The notes under the pieces: model-generated
Databases searched by the model: none
Seen by the model: the letters and a program-made list of their open reading frames with translations, nothing else
Told to the model about the DNA's origin: nothing
DNA from: Octopus vulgaris
Lineage: Eukaryota
DNA: 64,000 nucleotides
Assembly (NCBI GenBank): GCA_951406725.2
Contig: OX597821.1
Location: 68,510,001-68,574,000, forward strand
Reading direction: 5' to 3'
In this document: in pieces, positions 30,852-43,272 of the stretch
How positions within the stretch are numbered: the first letter of the stretch is position 1
How the letters are laid out: the number at the start of each line of letters is the position of its first letter
Program-made: the position numbers and the translations under genes

Positions 30852-31297
30852 TTACACACATACATACATACATACATACATACATACATTTATACATACA
30901 TACATACATAACACATACATACATACATTTATACATACATACATACATACATGCATACATACATACATACATACATGCATGCATGCATGCATGCATGCAT
31001 GCATGCATGCATACATACATACATACATACATACATACATACATACATACATACATACATACATACATACATACATACATACATTTATACGTACATACAT
31101 ACATACATACATGCATACATACATACATACATACATACATACATACATACATACATACATACATACATGCATGCATGCATACATACTTACATACATGCAT
31201 GCATGCATGCATGCATGCATGCATCCATACATACATACATACATACATACATACATACATACATACATACATACATACATACATACATACATACATA
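30630..31297. repeat. Compound (CATA)n/(CATG)n tetranucleotide array
   Basis: Direct observation. Confidence 0.97.
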
Positions 31298-31302
31298 AAG
31301 GA

Positions 31303-31618
31303 GCACTCCGTCGGTTACGACGACGAGGGTCCCAGCTGATACGATCAACGGAACAGCTTGCTTGTGAAATTAGCGTGAAAGTGGCTGAGCACTCCACAGA
31401 CACGTTTACTCTTAATGTAGTTCGCAAGGAGATTCAGCGTGACACAGAATGTGATAAGGCTGGCCCTTTGAAATACAGGTACTACTTATTTTTACCAGCT
31501 GAGTGGACTGGAGCAACCTGAAATAAAGTGTCTTGCTCAAGGACACAACGCGTCGTAGGGAATCGAACTCACAACCTTACATCATGAGCCGAATACCCTA
31601 ACCACTAAGCCACGCGCC
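31303..31618 (-). mobile_element. SINE family B inserted in (CATA)n
   Basis: Reverse complement similar to 9247-9632 without the duplication; A-box GTGGCTTAGTGG, B-box GTTCGATTCCC. Confidence 0.88.
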
Positions 31619-31719
31619 CTCACTACATACATACATACATACATACGTACATACATACATTACATTACATTACGTTACATTACATTACATTACATACATA
31701 ACATACAGTACAGACGGCT

Positions 31720-32065
31720 GTGAAGCTTTTGGAGACTGTGGTCAAACCCTAGCTGGAGAAAGTTGCTGATGGAAGGCCATATATGTGACAGCAGGATTCA
31801 GCTCGTTATCACACCTCCGGAAAGTGTCAGAAGCGATGGCCAGAGAATTTCTGTACTCCACCAGCTTCAATATCAGGCTTTTTAATTCCCCTGGTTGTAA
31901 CCCCACGGATTACTATACGGGAGCGTGGTGGAAAAGGACACCAACCGCTCTACCAAGGCCGTGTTCGAAGATCTTTCCAGAGACACATTGAGTAATACGT
32001 GCGCCAGGTTCTGAAACTGTCTTAAGGCTGTGGTGGAAGCTGAGTGCAGTTATTTTGTGTAACCG
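31720..32065 (+). pseudogene. Tc1/mariner (maT-like) transposase C-terminal fragment
   Basis: VKLLETVVKP*LEKVADGRPYM*QQDSARYHTS ... NSPGCNPTDYY (cf. QQDSAP, SPDLNPLDY); stops and frameshifts. Confidence 0.75.
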
Positions 32066-32138
32066 TTATCTCTCAGCCATATTCCAGTTGATATTGTTTC
32101 TGTTTTTGTTTTTCAAAAGAAACAACATTAATAGTACA

Positions 32139-32353
32139 CTCTCTCTTCACATGTTTCAGTCATGTGACTGTAGCCATGCTGGAGCGCTGCCTGTAGTCGA
32201 ACAAATCGATCCCAGGACTTATTCTTTGTAACCCTAGTACTTACTCTATCGGTTTCTTTTGCCGAACCGCTAAATTACGGGGACGTAAACACACCAGCAT
32301 CTGTTGTCAAATGATTTTGGCGGACAAACACAGACACACAAACATATACACAC

Positions 32354-32436
<83 letters not shown>

Positions 32437-32590
32437 TACGACGGACTTCTTTCAGGTTCCGTCTACCAAAACCACTCACAAGGCTTTGATTGGCCCGAGG
32501 CTATAGTAGAAGACACTTGCCCAAGGTACCACGCAGTGGAACTGAACCCGGAACCATGTGGTTCGTAAGCAAGCTACTTACCACACAACC
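32139..32590 (-). mobile_element. SINE family A
   Basis: Reverse complement of family A with expanded internal (TA)n. Confidence 0.92.
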
Positions 32591-32619
32591 TACATATGTC
32601 ATACATACGTGTGAATAAA

Positions 32620-32930
32620 CTAAAACAAAACTTGCGAAATAAACTAGAAGACATGGGATTCAGAGATACTATATGAAGCTCAGTGGAGAAGCTCTTGCTA
32701 CCAAGCCCTCTATGACTATGAGACTGCCGAGATCAACACTCTGAAAGAAAAAAGAGACCAGCGTAGAGCCTACCCCGTAATGACAGGGTCCAATACTGTG
32801 ACGGCTGCAACTGGACCTGAAATTCCCTGATAGGTTTGAGTTCCCACATGACACGACACAGCAAACCATCGAATTAAGAACACTGCACAGAAGATGTGTT
32901 CCGTTGGGTCCTTATTCAATGAAGCAATGA
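32620..32930 (+). mobile_element. RTE-clade LINE 3' end
   Basis: QWRSSCYQALYDYE...KEKRDQRR then CDGCNWT*NSLIGLSSHMTRH (RTE C-terminal CxxC...IGLxSH motif). Confidence 0.7.
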
Positions 32931-32960
32931 GCGATTCCAATAACGATTTACATACATACA

Positions 32961-33006
<46 letters not shown>

Positions 33007-34375
33007 TGTGCGCGTACATAAGTACATATATAAATCGTTATTTTTACCATGTACAGCGATATCGGGAACAAATATTTGCATATTCATCCTTAATATATCT
33101 AGGCAGGTTCGGACGCAAAATACGCTGGTGACACTGTATTCTCATAAAAGAGAGAAGTTATTCTTCTGTAGTTGTAATATCTAATAATTGTAAAACTTAA
33201 AAGTTGAACACGGATCATTATAGAGAACGCAACAAACAACAAAATCTACGATTCACCGAAATATTACCAACGGCAGCAAAATAAATCTGACCACTCAATA
33301 CCTCGCGCGGAAGCGAATCGAACAGCAATTTCATCTTTGGCGTGTTTTTTTTTGTTTTTTTGTTTTTGTTTTTATTTTTTGTTTTTTTTCTGAGCAAGTC
33401 TACTATTCAGCGCATTTCAGCCACTGCGGGCAGATTGTTGGACAGCAGACCGGACACGGAAACGGCAGTCAGCAGACAGTTGCAGAACCAGCATCAGACA
33501 AGAGCGCTGTGACAGCACGAAAACAATGGACGGTGGCGACAGCTACACACAATAATCAGCTCGCGTCAAGCAACATCACGATAACGACTGCCGCCATACT
33601 TAGTCCAAGAACAATAAGCTTCGAACTATCTCGGTGCTTGTCACTCGTAGTAACGACATTTTCTTCTATTATTATTATTACGATAAAAATATATCTATGC
33701 TTATCGTAAACGAAAAACGTTGTTGAAAAATGTTTATTATACATAAGATCTATGTAAATTTAAATTACTCAAACGTTTTATCACATGGCACATATACTCA
33801 CAGTCATATATAAACACGAGTATTTTTCGGAAATGTTACATTTGTCTTCTTTATCATGGGATAAAATATATATTCTACTTCTCAAACTTCTTGTACTCAC
33901 AATTTCCCGATGCAAACTATCATTAGTGTTCTCGCCTCCTATCACTTTTTAATTTGATATGCACATACTTTTGTGTGTATTGATATTGTTGTTGTTTTCA
34001 TTAAATAAAATTATGAAAGAGAGATAAATATCTCATTTTCTGAAGTCTAGTCAGATGTTTTAAGAGGATAATCTATAAGGAAACCATACAACCATGTGTG
34101 TGTTTTTTTTTTTTTTTTTTTTTTTGTCTTTTCACTGATGTCTTTTCGCAAGTAATCCGTACGCTGAATAAATGACGGAACGGAAAGAAGCATTTTATTT
34201 GAATAGATGCTGAAAAAGAACGCACGCAAACACAATTGAACAAGAGTATATGCGTGTCTGTGTGTGTGTGAGGTGTATATATGAGTTCCTAACCACTAAT
34301 GCGCATTACTTTTAATTACACACACACACACACACATACACACATACATATAAGTATATACATACATATATATGC

Positions 34376-34409
<34 letters not shown>

Positions 34410-34869
34410 ATGTATAAATACATATATATATGTATATGTATGTATATATATATATATACATATATATAAACACATATGCATATATATATATATATACTTA
34501 TACACACACATACACACACGCATGTACACATACACACGCATGCACACACACACGCACGTACACACACACACACAGACACACACATGCACACGCGCACGCA
34601 TATAGATATATGCACACATCTACATACTTAGTAATATACATACATGCATACAGACAGTCAAACAGATAAAAAGACAGACATTAGAAAATGTGCAAATTGT
34701 CAATATCTTTTTATTAAACTTATAATTTTAACTAATCAGAAAAATAGATTAAATATATCACCATTCTATGCCTATATAATGGTTTTGCTTTCATACTATC
34801 CATTTAAGCTACAAGGTGTTCGGAATAAATTTGACGAGTTTTAAATCATTTTTCTTTTTCAGGAACAGT

Positions 34870-36020
34870 TTATTTGTGAACGGTTGGCTGACATGGAGGA
34901 CTGGAAGCCATCTGAACATTGGAATGGAGTTACCTGTATCATGATGGTTCGCACCGGAAATCAAAATGCCGAAATCATGACTGCTGCTCAATACCTGGGA
35001 ATACTGTAAAGGCTGTATGACGTGACATGGAGAGCTGCAACTGAAACTACGAAGCCGTGGTCAGCAAAACGCCGCTCAGCAGATATTCTGACTGAATCAG
35101 CTTACCGAAATTCATCCGGTAACTGCAGGACAATATAATAGAGCTGATCAAGGGAATCTGGGCTTTGACGGGAGAGATGAGTGTTAGAGGTGTCACCATG
35201 AAGCTGGCCTTAAATGAAGGTAGAGATGCGAGGGACAAATCCTGACAACCAAGGATAAGGAAAAATTCTTAACGAAGGTACATACGGACACGAAAGGCAT
35301 CTCACTAGTTCTTGTGAAATGGGCTATGAAGCAGTTGCTCTTCCGAGTGAAATGGGCTATGAAGCAGTTGCTCTTCCGAGTGAAATGGACTATGAAGCAG
35401 TTGCTCTTCCGAGTTGCGTCATCTGTAAACAGCTTGTCTATGATGAGTACTTCACATACTTTGGTTTTCACTCTCAGTCGGGAGAGACTGTTTTATCTTG
35501 TGCGAAAGTAAACACAGTCGGTTGATGTTCCAAAGGCGGGCTTCATCATGACAGCGAAAATTCCGAACACGAAGATGGCGAGAATTGAGTCCTGTTTCAC
35601 TCTGCTACGAATACTGAAAGATTTCTAGGAAAAGCTATCAAGCTGAGATGTCTTTCATGTCCGTATGTAGCGACTGGACGACCGTGAGTAACATCGAAGG
35701 TACTAACTCTCAAGTTTGAACGGACCGTCTCTACTCGCTAAGTCAAAGGCCTTCGTGGCGTCAACGAAAGTGATGTAATAGGGGTGCCTTTGCTCTTTGC
35801 ATTTTCTTGTAATAGAAGGGAGATCATATATATTGCGGAGCGTTTTGACCTAAAACCGCTCTAAGACTTGGCGCATATCCTTTCAGTGGTTTTTCTGCAT
35901 TCTTTTTAGGACCACCTGAGCGAAGACTTTCCAGACTATGTTCAGTTAAGAGATTCCTCTACAACCGTTGCAATTGCTTCTAACCCCTTTATTGTTAGAA
36001 AATTACTATTTTTAAATTTC
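34870..36020 (-). mobile_element. Degenerate RTE-clade LINE reverse transcriptase
   Basis: KGVRSNCNGCRGIS*LNIVWKVFAQVVL, FVDATKAFDL, KLFTDDA (FADD-like). Confidence 0.82.
35314..35412. repeat. 33-bp tandem repeat x3 inside the RTE relic
   Basis: gtgaaatgggctatgaagcagttgctcttccga x3, one mismatch. Confidence 0.97.
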
Positions 36021-36349
36021 AGCAACAGTACGTTGTAGTAAAGATTGTTTGCCAATATAACATGGCAGTCCTGGTTTAGGACTAATGTTGCTGTAATTTG
36101 GCCCCAGGAGATATCTTCTCCAGCTAGCTATACGACACGATATGAGTCCTTATATTTTCGAACAAGGGAATCTAACACACTTTATTGTTATATAGCGTGA
36201 TAGTATTGCAGCCTCTCATGCCTTGTGACACTGCTCCTTCTTTCCAGCATTAGCCCAGTAAATGTGAAGAGAAGAAAGGCAAAAAATGTCTGCCAATACC
36301 ACTAAATATCGTTATCTATTTCCATTTGTTTCGTAGCAGATAGTGATGG

Positions 36350-36520
36350 ATTGGCAGAAACGTCAGAGCATCAAACATTATCAAGCACTTTACGCTCTTT
36401 ACGTTCCGAGTTCAAATCCTGCCGAGGTTAACTTTGCTTTTCATCCTCCTGGAGCCAATAAAATAAAGTATCAGTCAAGTACTGTGTGTTAATATAATCT
36501 ACCACAAAATTTTAGGCTTT
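36350..36520 (+). mobile_element. SINE family C, diverged
   Basis: TGGCAGAAACGTCAG...GAGTTCAAATCCTGCCGAGGTTAACTTTGCTTTTCATCC. Confidence 0.75.
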
Positions 36521-37278
36521 ATGCTCAATAGATATCGATGTTGTGAACAGCAACTTCAACCCAGTGAAGGAAAACAACTGAAGTTATTTTCACTAAAATT
36601 TTTAACAAATAAAACTATGCAAAGACTTTGAAGCAGAAATATGGCTGCAGGTTTGTAAAAGCCACAACAATATCAGCGTCAACCGGCACAGTTGCGTTTG
36701 TGCTTATTTCTAACACAGCCACAAGGCGGGGAATCGGCAGAGGGTTAGACAGAATGCCTTGCAGTCAATATAGTGGGAAAATATCCCTTTCCACCAAGCT
36801 GCACGAAACACAAGAGATTGTCTTTCGCCAGCAATAGTCACTTCTCTTGTTTTCTCATTGATTTATCTACATGAAAACCTGGCACAGGACTCTATACAGT
36901 AACCGTACTTTGTTAAGTATTATATCAATATATGTTTTACATTTGTTTTTTCTTATACATTTTTGTGCATATTTTTTTTTCGATTTTTACTTTTATCTGC
37001 TTGTTTCTTGCATGTATAATATGTAATATGATAGTTATTAGTTTATTATGTTATGTCATTCGATTGAATAAAATTTTAATACTAATCATTTCTAACGTTG
37101 GCGCCGAACCAGAGAAATTTGAAGGAGAGCACAGTCGATGAAATCGACCCCAAATAATTGATAACCGATACTTATTTTCTTCCACCCGATGAAAAGGAGA
37201 GGCAAATTTAATAAGAGTTAGATCTAAATCTGAATTACTGCAGGGCAATTTACTGAATATTCTACCGATGCTGTCAAC

Positions 37279-37340
<62 letters not shown>

Positions 37341-37341
<1 letters not shown>

Positions 37342-37754
37342 GGCGCAGGAGTGGCTGTGTGGTAAGTAGCTTGCTAACCAACCACATGGTTCCGGGTTCA
37401 GTCCCACTGCGTGGCATCTTGGGCAAGTGTCTTCTGCTATAGCCCCGGGCCGACCAATGCCTTGTGATGGATTTGGTAGACGGAAACTGAAAGAAGCCTG
37501 TCGTATATATGTATATATATATAAGTGTGTGTGTATATGTTTGTGTGTCTGTGTTTGTCCTCCTAGCATTGCTTGACAACCGATGCTGGTGTGTTTACGT
37601 CCCCGTAACTTAGCGGTTCGGCAAAAGAGACCGACAGAATAAGTACTGGGCTTACATAGAATAAGTCCCGGGGTCGATTTGCTCGACTAGAGGCGGTGCT
37701 CCAGCATGGCCGCAGTCAAATGACTGAAACAAGCAAAAGAGTAAAGAGTAAAGA
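37341..37754 (+). mobile_element. SINE family A, full-length reference copy, in a (TAA)n tract
   Basis: A-box TGGCTGTGTGG, B-box GGTTCAGTCCC, internal microsatellite, 3' stem-loop CAGTCA-AA-TGACTG, (AAAGAGT)n tail. Confidence 0.95.
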
Positions 37755-37776
37755 GAATAATAATGATAATAATAAT

Positions 37777-38200
37777 ACTTTCTACTATAGGCACAAGGCC
37801 TGGAATTTGAGAGGAGGGGATGGTCGATCACATCGACCCCAATACTTGACTGGTACTTATTTTATCGACCTCAAAAGGTTGAACTACAAAGTGTACCTTG
37901 GCGGAATTTGAAATCAGAACGTAAAGACGGACGAAATTCCACTGAGCATTTTGCCCGGCGTGCTAACGATTCTGCCAATTCGCCGCCTTCGTAATGGCTT
38001 TAAATTTTAGCGCAAGGCCAACAAATTTTAGGAAAAGGGGAAAATCGATTGCATCGATCCCAGTACTCAACTGGCACTTACTTTATCGACCCTGAAAGAG
38101 TGAAAGGCAAAGTCGCCCTCAACAGAATTTGAACTCCGAACATAAATACGGACGAAATACCACTAGGTATTTTGTCCAGCACTCTACCGATTCTGTTGGC
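37777..38200 (-). mobile_element. Two tandem SINE family C copies
   Basis: Each reverse complement carries TGGCAGAATCGTTAG/GAGTTCAAATTC and CTTTCA..GGGTCGATAAA-type segments. Confidence 0.85.
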
Positions 38201-38338
38201 TCACCCCCACTGCTCCTTCTCTCCAGAATTAGCACAATAAGTGCGAAGAGAAGACTGGCAAAGAATGTATGCCGACATCACTAAATTTCGTTATCCACTT
38301 CCCTTTGAGGTGCCGCACAGTGGGACTGAAATACATCT

Positions 38339-38818
38339 TGTTATTTTCTTAACACATGAGGAATTACAACCGTGTTTCGTGGTCTGCTACCACAACAGCA
38401 CCTTTATAGGATCCAGTTAGCTCAAGACATCATCAGGAGGAACCGCGTCCGGTTTCGGCCCCTACTCCTCTACCGTTTTGACGTGGCGGGGCCCCACCTT
38501 TCGGAGGTGTCTTCAGCTCTGGTGTTGGGTGCATGTCGTCTTTCTTCTTCTTTCTTCTGTTCCCTGGCCTCTTCGATGTATCGTCAGCGAGTGTCAGCCA
38601 GTGACTGACTGTCTTGTCAAATTTCTCCCTTTAAATACCTGCCGCATAGACTCCAGCAGACAGTCCCAGCAAGTTGTCACGTGACACTGTCTCACCTTAA
38701 CTGACTAGTGAAGGCGCGTAGTTTTAGCCCGCGCTTTTTCTAAACGACCGTTACCTGTCAGTCAGCGAAGCTGATTCAGTCAGCTTGTCTCACCTAATGA
38801 TGTTATTTCCCGTCGACA
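38339..38818 (-). mobile_element. Possible solo-LTR-like unit (TG...CA) carrying two hammerhead-like cores
   Basis: GC-richer island bounded by TG/CA with TATTTAAA on the minus strand; CTGAAGA..GAAACCGG and CTGATGA..GAAACACGGTT; no TSD seen. Confidence 0.3.
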
Positions 38819-38824
38819 TGTTTA

Positions 38825-39060
38825 TGACTTTCAAGCCATTTTCGGTCTTCCCGCTTCAGCCATATATAGAAGCTGGCTTTTTCGACCGCCTCCTGTACCC
38901 AGTCCAAATCTTTTCTCTCCTTCCTGGTAGATTGCATTAGCCAGGTTTTCGAGCTTTTGTTCGTCGTCGCCTTTGAATTTGGTGGTCATTCTTGCTACCT
39001 CGTCGTCAAATTTTTTATAACTCGCCGCGTCATTTGCTTTCATCCACTTAACCTTTGGAT
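38825..39060 (-). mobile_element. Hero-like (RLE non-LTR) N-terminal ORF fragment
   Basis: KANDAASYKKFDDEV...KGDDEQKLENLANAIYQEGEKRFG resembles the pre-RT block of Hero-clade elements. Confidence 0.5.
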
Positions 39061-39557
39061 AATCAAAGAGATTATCTTGACATGTTCCATAGCAAATTGG
39101 CTACATATCAGAGGATCGATGCTCATCAACATTCTTCCTTCGAAGATAACCTTGAGCAATTGCAAGCCATAACTTAGCTATAATGAACAAGATAATTTGC
39201 ATACCGTTCGTCGATTGTAGAAATAAATAATTAACTGGTATTTTCTACTCATTAAAAGACGCAAGGTGAATGTAGCTAAACTATAAATCCTAAAGTCCTA
39301 ACTGTGGAAATTAAACATGTGTAAATCTTGCTAGAAAACGTTATGTTTCAAGGCGTAGGGTCATATACGTGTAGCTGTGTGGTTAAGAAGCTTACTTCTC
39401 AAACATGTGGTCTTGGGTTCAGTCTCGTAGTGCGGCCCTCGGGCAAGTGTTTTCTAATATAGCCCCGGACCGACCAAATCTTTGTGATTGGATTTGGTAG
39501 ACGGAACCTAACAGAAGCCCTTTCTTTCTCCTCTCTCTCTCTCTTTATATATATATG

Positions 39558-39625
<68 letters not shown>

Positions 39626-39685
39626 GGTATATGTGTGTGTGTGTGTGTGTGTGAGTGTGTGTGTGTATGTGTGTTTGTGTAATAT

Positions 39686-39856
39686 AATATGTGACAATTA
39701 TACGGTTGGCATAATAAAACTCCGAGTTTCGGATGACGGGGCGGAAATCTGCTCCGGCATCTCGTCTTAATAACTGACGAGATGCCGGAGCAGATTTCCA
39801 CCCCGACATACGAAACTCGGAGTTTTATTATGACAACCATATAATTGTCACATATT
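39686..39856. repeat. Inverted repeat, 81-bp arms, 9-nt spacer
   Basis: 39686-39766 versus 39776-39856 with a few mismatches. Confidence 0.95.
39768..39830 (+). ncRNA. Type I hammerhead ribozyme candidate
   Basis: UAAUAA-CUGACGA-[imperfect stem II]-GAAACU cgg AGUU-UUAUUA; stem I 6 bp, GUU cleavage triplet. Confidence 0.7.
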
Positions 39857-39924
39857 GCATTACAGATAAATTCCCCTATTTACATAATATCGAGGTCCCA
39901 TTCATTCTTTTGTTGTCATACTAT

Positions 39925-39972
<48 letters not shown>

Positions 39973-40042
39973 CCATAAAGGTGAAACAAGGTGGGAAAAA
40001 ATAGTACTCGAATACCAGACGTAGAGTAATATGCTTTACTAC

Positions 40043-40170
40043 TAAAGCTGTAAAAACATCACAAAAATATCACAAGAAACTGCTACTCAGAGTTTCACGT
40101 TCCCGTTTATCGAACAGTTTTGATTGAGTAGCAGTTTCTTGTGATATTTTGTGATATTTTTGCAGCTTTA
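40043..40170. repeat. Inverted repeat (~46-bp arms) overlapping a decayed minus-strand hammerhead-like motif (40077-40120)
   Basis: Arms 40043-40089 / 40125-40170; minus strand AAACUGU-UCGAUAA-ACG ggaa CGU-GAAAC ucuga GUA-GCAGUUU; same family as 45926-45971. Confidence 0.8.
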
Positions 40171-40176
40171 ATAATA

Positions 40177-40573
40177 CGCAGGAGTAGCTGTGTGGTAAGT
40201 AGCTTGCTAAACAACCACATGGTTCCGGGTTCAGTCTCACTGCGTGGCATCTTGGGCAAGTATCTTCTGCTATAGCCCCGAGCCGACCAATGCCTTGTGA
40301 GTGGATTTGGTAGACGGAAACTGAAACAAGCCTGTCGTATATATGTATATATGTATATGTATGTGTGTGTGTTTGTGTGTCTGTGTTTGTCCCCCTAGCA
40401 TTGCTTGACAACCGATGCTGGTGTGTTTACGTCCCCGTCACTTAGCGGTTCGGCAAAAGAGACTGATAGAATAAGTACTGGGCTTACAAAGAATAAGTCT
40501 CGGGGTCGATTTGCTCGACTAAAGGCGGTGCTCCAGCATGGCCGCAGTCAAATGACTGAAACAAGTAAAAGAG
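40177..40573 (+). mobile_element. SINE family A
   Basis: Near-identical to 37341-37754. Confidence 0.95.
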
Positions 40574-40770
40574 TATATACATAGGTGTATATATAAATCA
40601 CGGGTAGAACAGAAAAAATGCAACAGACGGAAACCGTCAAAACACAACATGCGGAAAAAAGGACGATAGCACAACAACAAACAGGACAAAACAAGACACA
40701 TTGATCATTCGCAGCCATATTGCTTCTTCAGTCGGAGTCCGGAACGTCTGCATAGTTTCGCCCCCCCCCC

Positions 40771-40868
<98 letters not shown>

Positions 40869-41062
40869 TGCATGTATTTATGTATCTATGTGTGTGTCTT
40901 TCTATTTGCGTTGTATTTGTCCCCCTCTAGCGCTTCACAACTGCTGTTCTTTTGTTTACGTCCCCATAACCCTAGTGGTTCAACAAAAGACAACAATAGA
41001 GTAAGTATCAGATGCTTTGTTTTTCTTTAAATAAATACTGGCACCTATTTGTTCGGTTAAAC

Positions 41063-41813
41063 CAGTGGTTCTCAGTCAGGGCCCATATAGCTCCTGAGAG
41101 TCCATATAAGATTTGTGGGTGGGGGGTCTATGCAACAGAAGAGTAAATTGGGGACCTACAATATCATTTTAAGAGCCCCTAAAAATTATGCTTCAGATGC
41201 ATGTATTAGTGTGTATTGCAAGAAACAGCTAAACTTCTTTTTCCTACATTTTACATAGGCGTAGGAGTGGCAGTGTGGTAAGTAGCTTGCTTACCAACCA
41301 CATGATTCCGGGTTCAGTCCCACTGCGTGGCACTTTGGGCAAGTGTCTTCTACTGTAGCCTCGAGCCGACCAAAGCCTTGTGAGAGGATTTGGTAGACGG
41401 AAACTGAAAGAAGCCCGTCGTATATGTGTATATATGTGTGTGTGTTTCTGTGTGTGTTTGTCCCCCTAACATCGCTGGTGTGTTTACGTCCCCGTAACCT
41501 TGAGGTTCGGCAAAAGAGACCGATAGAATAAGTACTAGGCTTGCAAAGAATAAGTCCTGGGGTCGATTTGATAGACTAAAGGCGGTGCTCCAGCATGGCC
41601 ACAGCCAAATGACTGAAAGAAGTAAAAGAGTTAAAGAGTAATAAAGAGTATGGGTCAACCTACACAAGTTAATGCGTGGAAAACAAAGTAGGCATTTTGA
41701 AAGAAGTTCCAATAAGACTACTTTTTAAACATTGAATGGCTATGGGGGTGGGTCCACCAGAACAAAGTAGTAATCAAAGGGGTCCATAGGTAAAAAATGG
41801 TTGAGAACCCCTG
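41063..41813. mobile_element. hAT-superfamily non-autonomous element with a nested SINE
   Basis: TIRs CAGTGGTTCTCA / TGAGAACCCCTG; perfect 8-bp TSD GGTTAAAC at 41055-41062 and 41814-41821. Confidence 0.9.
41258..41650 (+). mobile_element. SINE family A nested in the hAT element
   Basis: Full head to tail. Confidence 0.93.
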
Positions 41814-41989
41814 GGTTAAACCCTTCATGGAGGTGACCTCGCATGGCTGCAGCCCAATAGCTGAATCAAGAAAAACACATAAGATAAAAGAAACGACCTC
41901 TCCATCCAGGGATATACGCTGGCCGGCAAAGACCTGCTTTTTATTGTACCGAGCTGCAAGCCCAGTGGCTTGTCAAAATAGAGAAATGG

Positions 41990-42410
41990 GTGCTGGCAGA
42001 AACGTTAGCACGCCGGGCGAAATGCTTAGCGGTATTTCGTCTACCGTTACGTTCTGAGTTCAAATTCCGCCAAGGTCGACTTTGCCTTTCTTCCCTTCGG
42101 GGTCGATTAAATAAGTAACAGTTACGCACTGGGGTCGATGTACTCGACTTAATCCGTTTGTGTGTCCTAGTTTGTCCGCTCTGTGTTTAGCCCCTTGTGG
42201 GTAGTAAAGAAATAGGTATTTCCGTCTGCCGCTACGTTCTGAGTTCAAATTCCGCCGAGGTCAACTTTGCCTTTCATCCTTTCGGGGTCGATTAAATAAG
42301 TACCAGTTACGCAGTGGGATCGATATAATCGACTTAATCCGTTTGTCTGTTCTTATTTGTCTCTTCTGTGTGTGGCCCCTTGTGGGCAGTAAAGAAATAA
42401 GAAATAGGTG
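41990..42410 (+). mobile_element. SINE family C with tandem duplication of its body (~184 bp)
   Basis: GGTATTTC..GTTCTGAGTTCAAATTCCGCC at 42031 and 42215; each unit ends AGTAAAGAAATA. Confidence 0.9.
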
Positions 42411-42798
42411 TTAGCTTCTATTAAAACCTCATATTCTTCCTGTCTAGTGCCTATCACTGGATTTTGTGAGTTGTCAACAGTCGATTCTATAGCGGGGGAT
42501 GACATCGCGTATGCTGCTACCGCTCTTCTAAATCTATTATGTTTTGGGTTGTTTTTTTTTTTGTTCTTTTGTCTTTTATGTAACAAACAGGAAAGCAGGA
42601 AGCACTGTTACTTTAATTCCATCACTGTAACCTCTCACGCCTTTTAAATATATAGAGGTTGGAGTTGGAAAGCGGGGGAAAAAATTGACTGAAAGGAATT
42701 TGATGTAAAGAACGAAAGGAAATAAGAAAAAAAGAAACAAAGACACGACCGACTAACAGAATGACAGCATGACAAAATGAGTAATAAACAGAGAGAGC

Positions 42799-42851
<53 letters not shown>

Positions 42852-42978
42852 TGTTGTTGTTGTTGGTGTTGTTGTTGTTGTAGTCGTAGTAGTAGTAGTA
42901 GCAGTAGTAGTAGTAGTAGTAGTAGTATACTTTGCAAACGGAACTAAATCTCAAGATTCAATCAGTTTTCTTACGTGC

Positions 42979-43010
<32 letters not shown>

Positions 43011-43216
43011 GTATATTTATATATATATATATATATATATACATATATATACATATATGTGTGTGTATACATATATATAATATATATATTTGTACACATA
43101 CATATGCATATATACATATACAAATATGCAAATATATATACATATATGTATATATACATATATGTATATATATGTATATATATATATATATATACACACA
43201 TACACACACACACACG

Positions 43217-43272
<56 letters not shown>

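Noticed and set aside
35314-35412. CRISPR-like repeats
   Set aside because: Units are contiguous with no spacers; eukaryotic retroelement context.
40690-40765. CTGAAGA and GAAAC motifs on the minus strand
   Set aside because: Order and pairing do not give a closed hammerhead.
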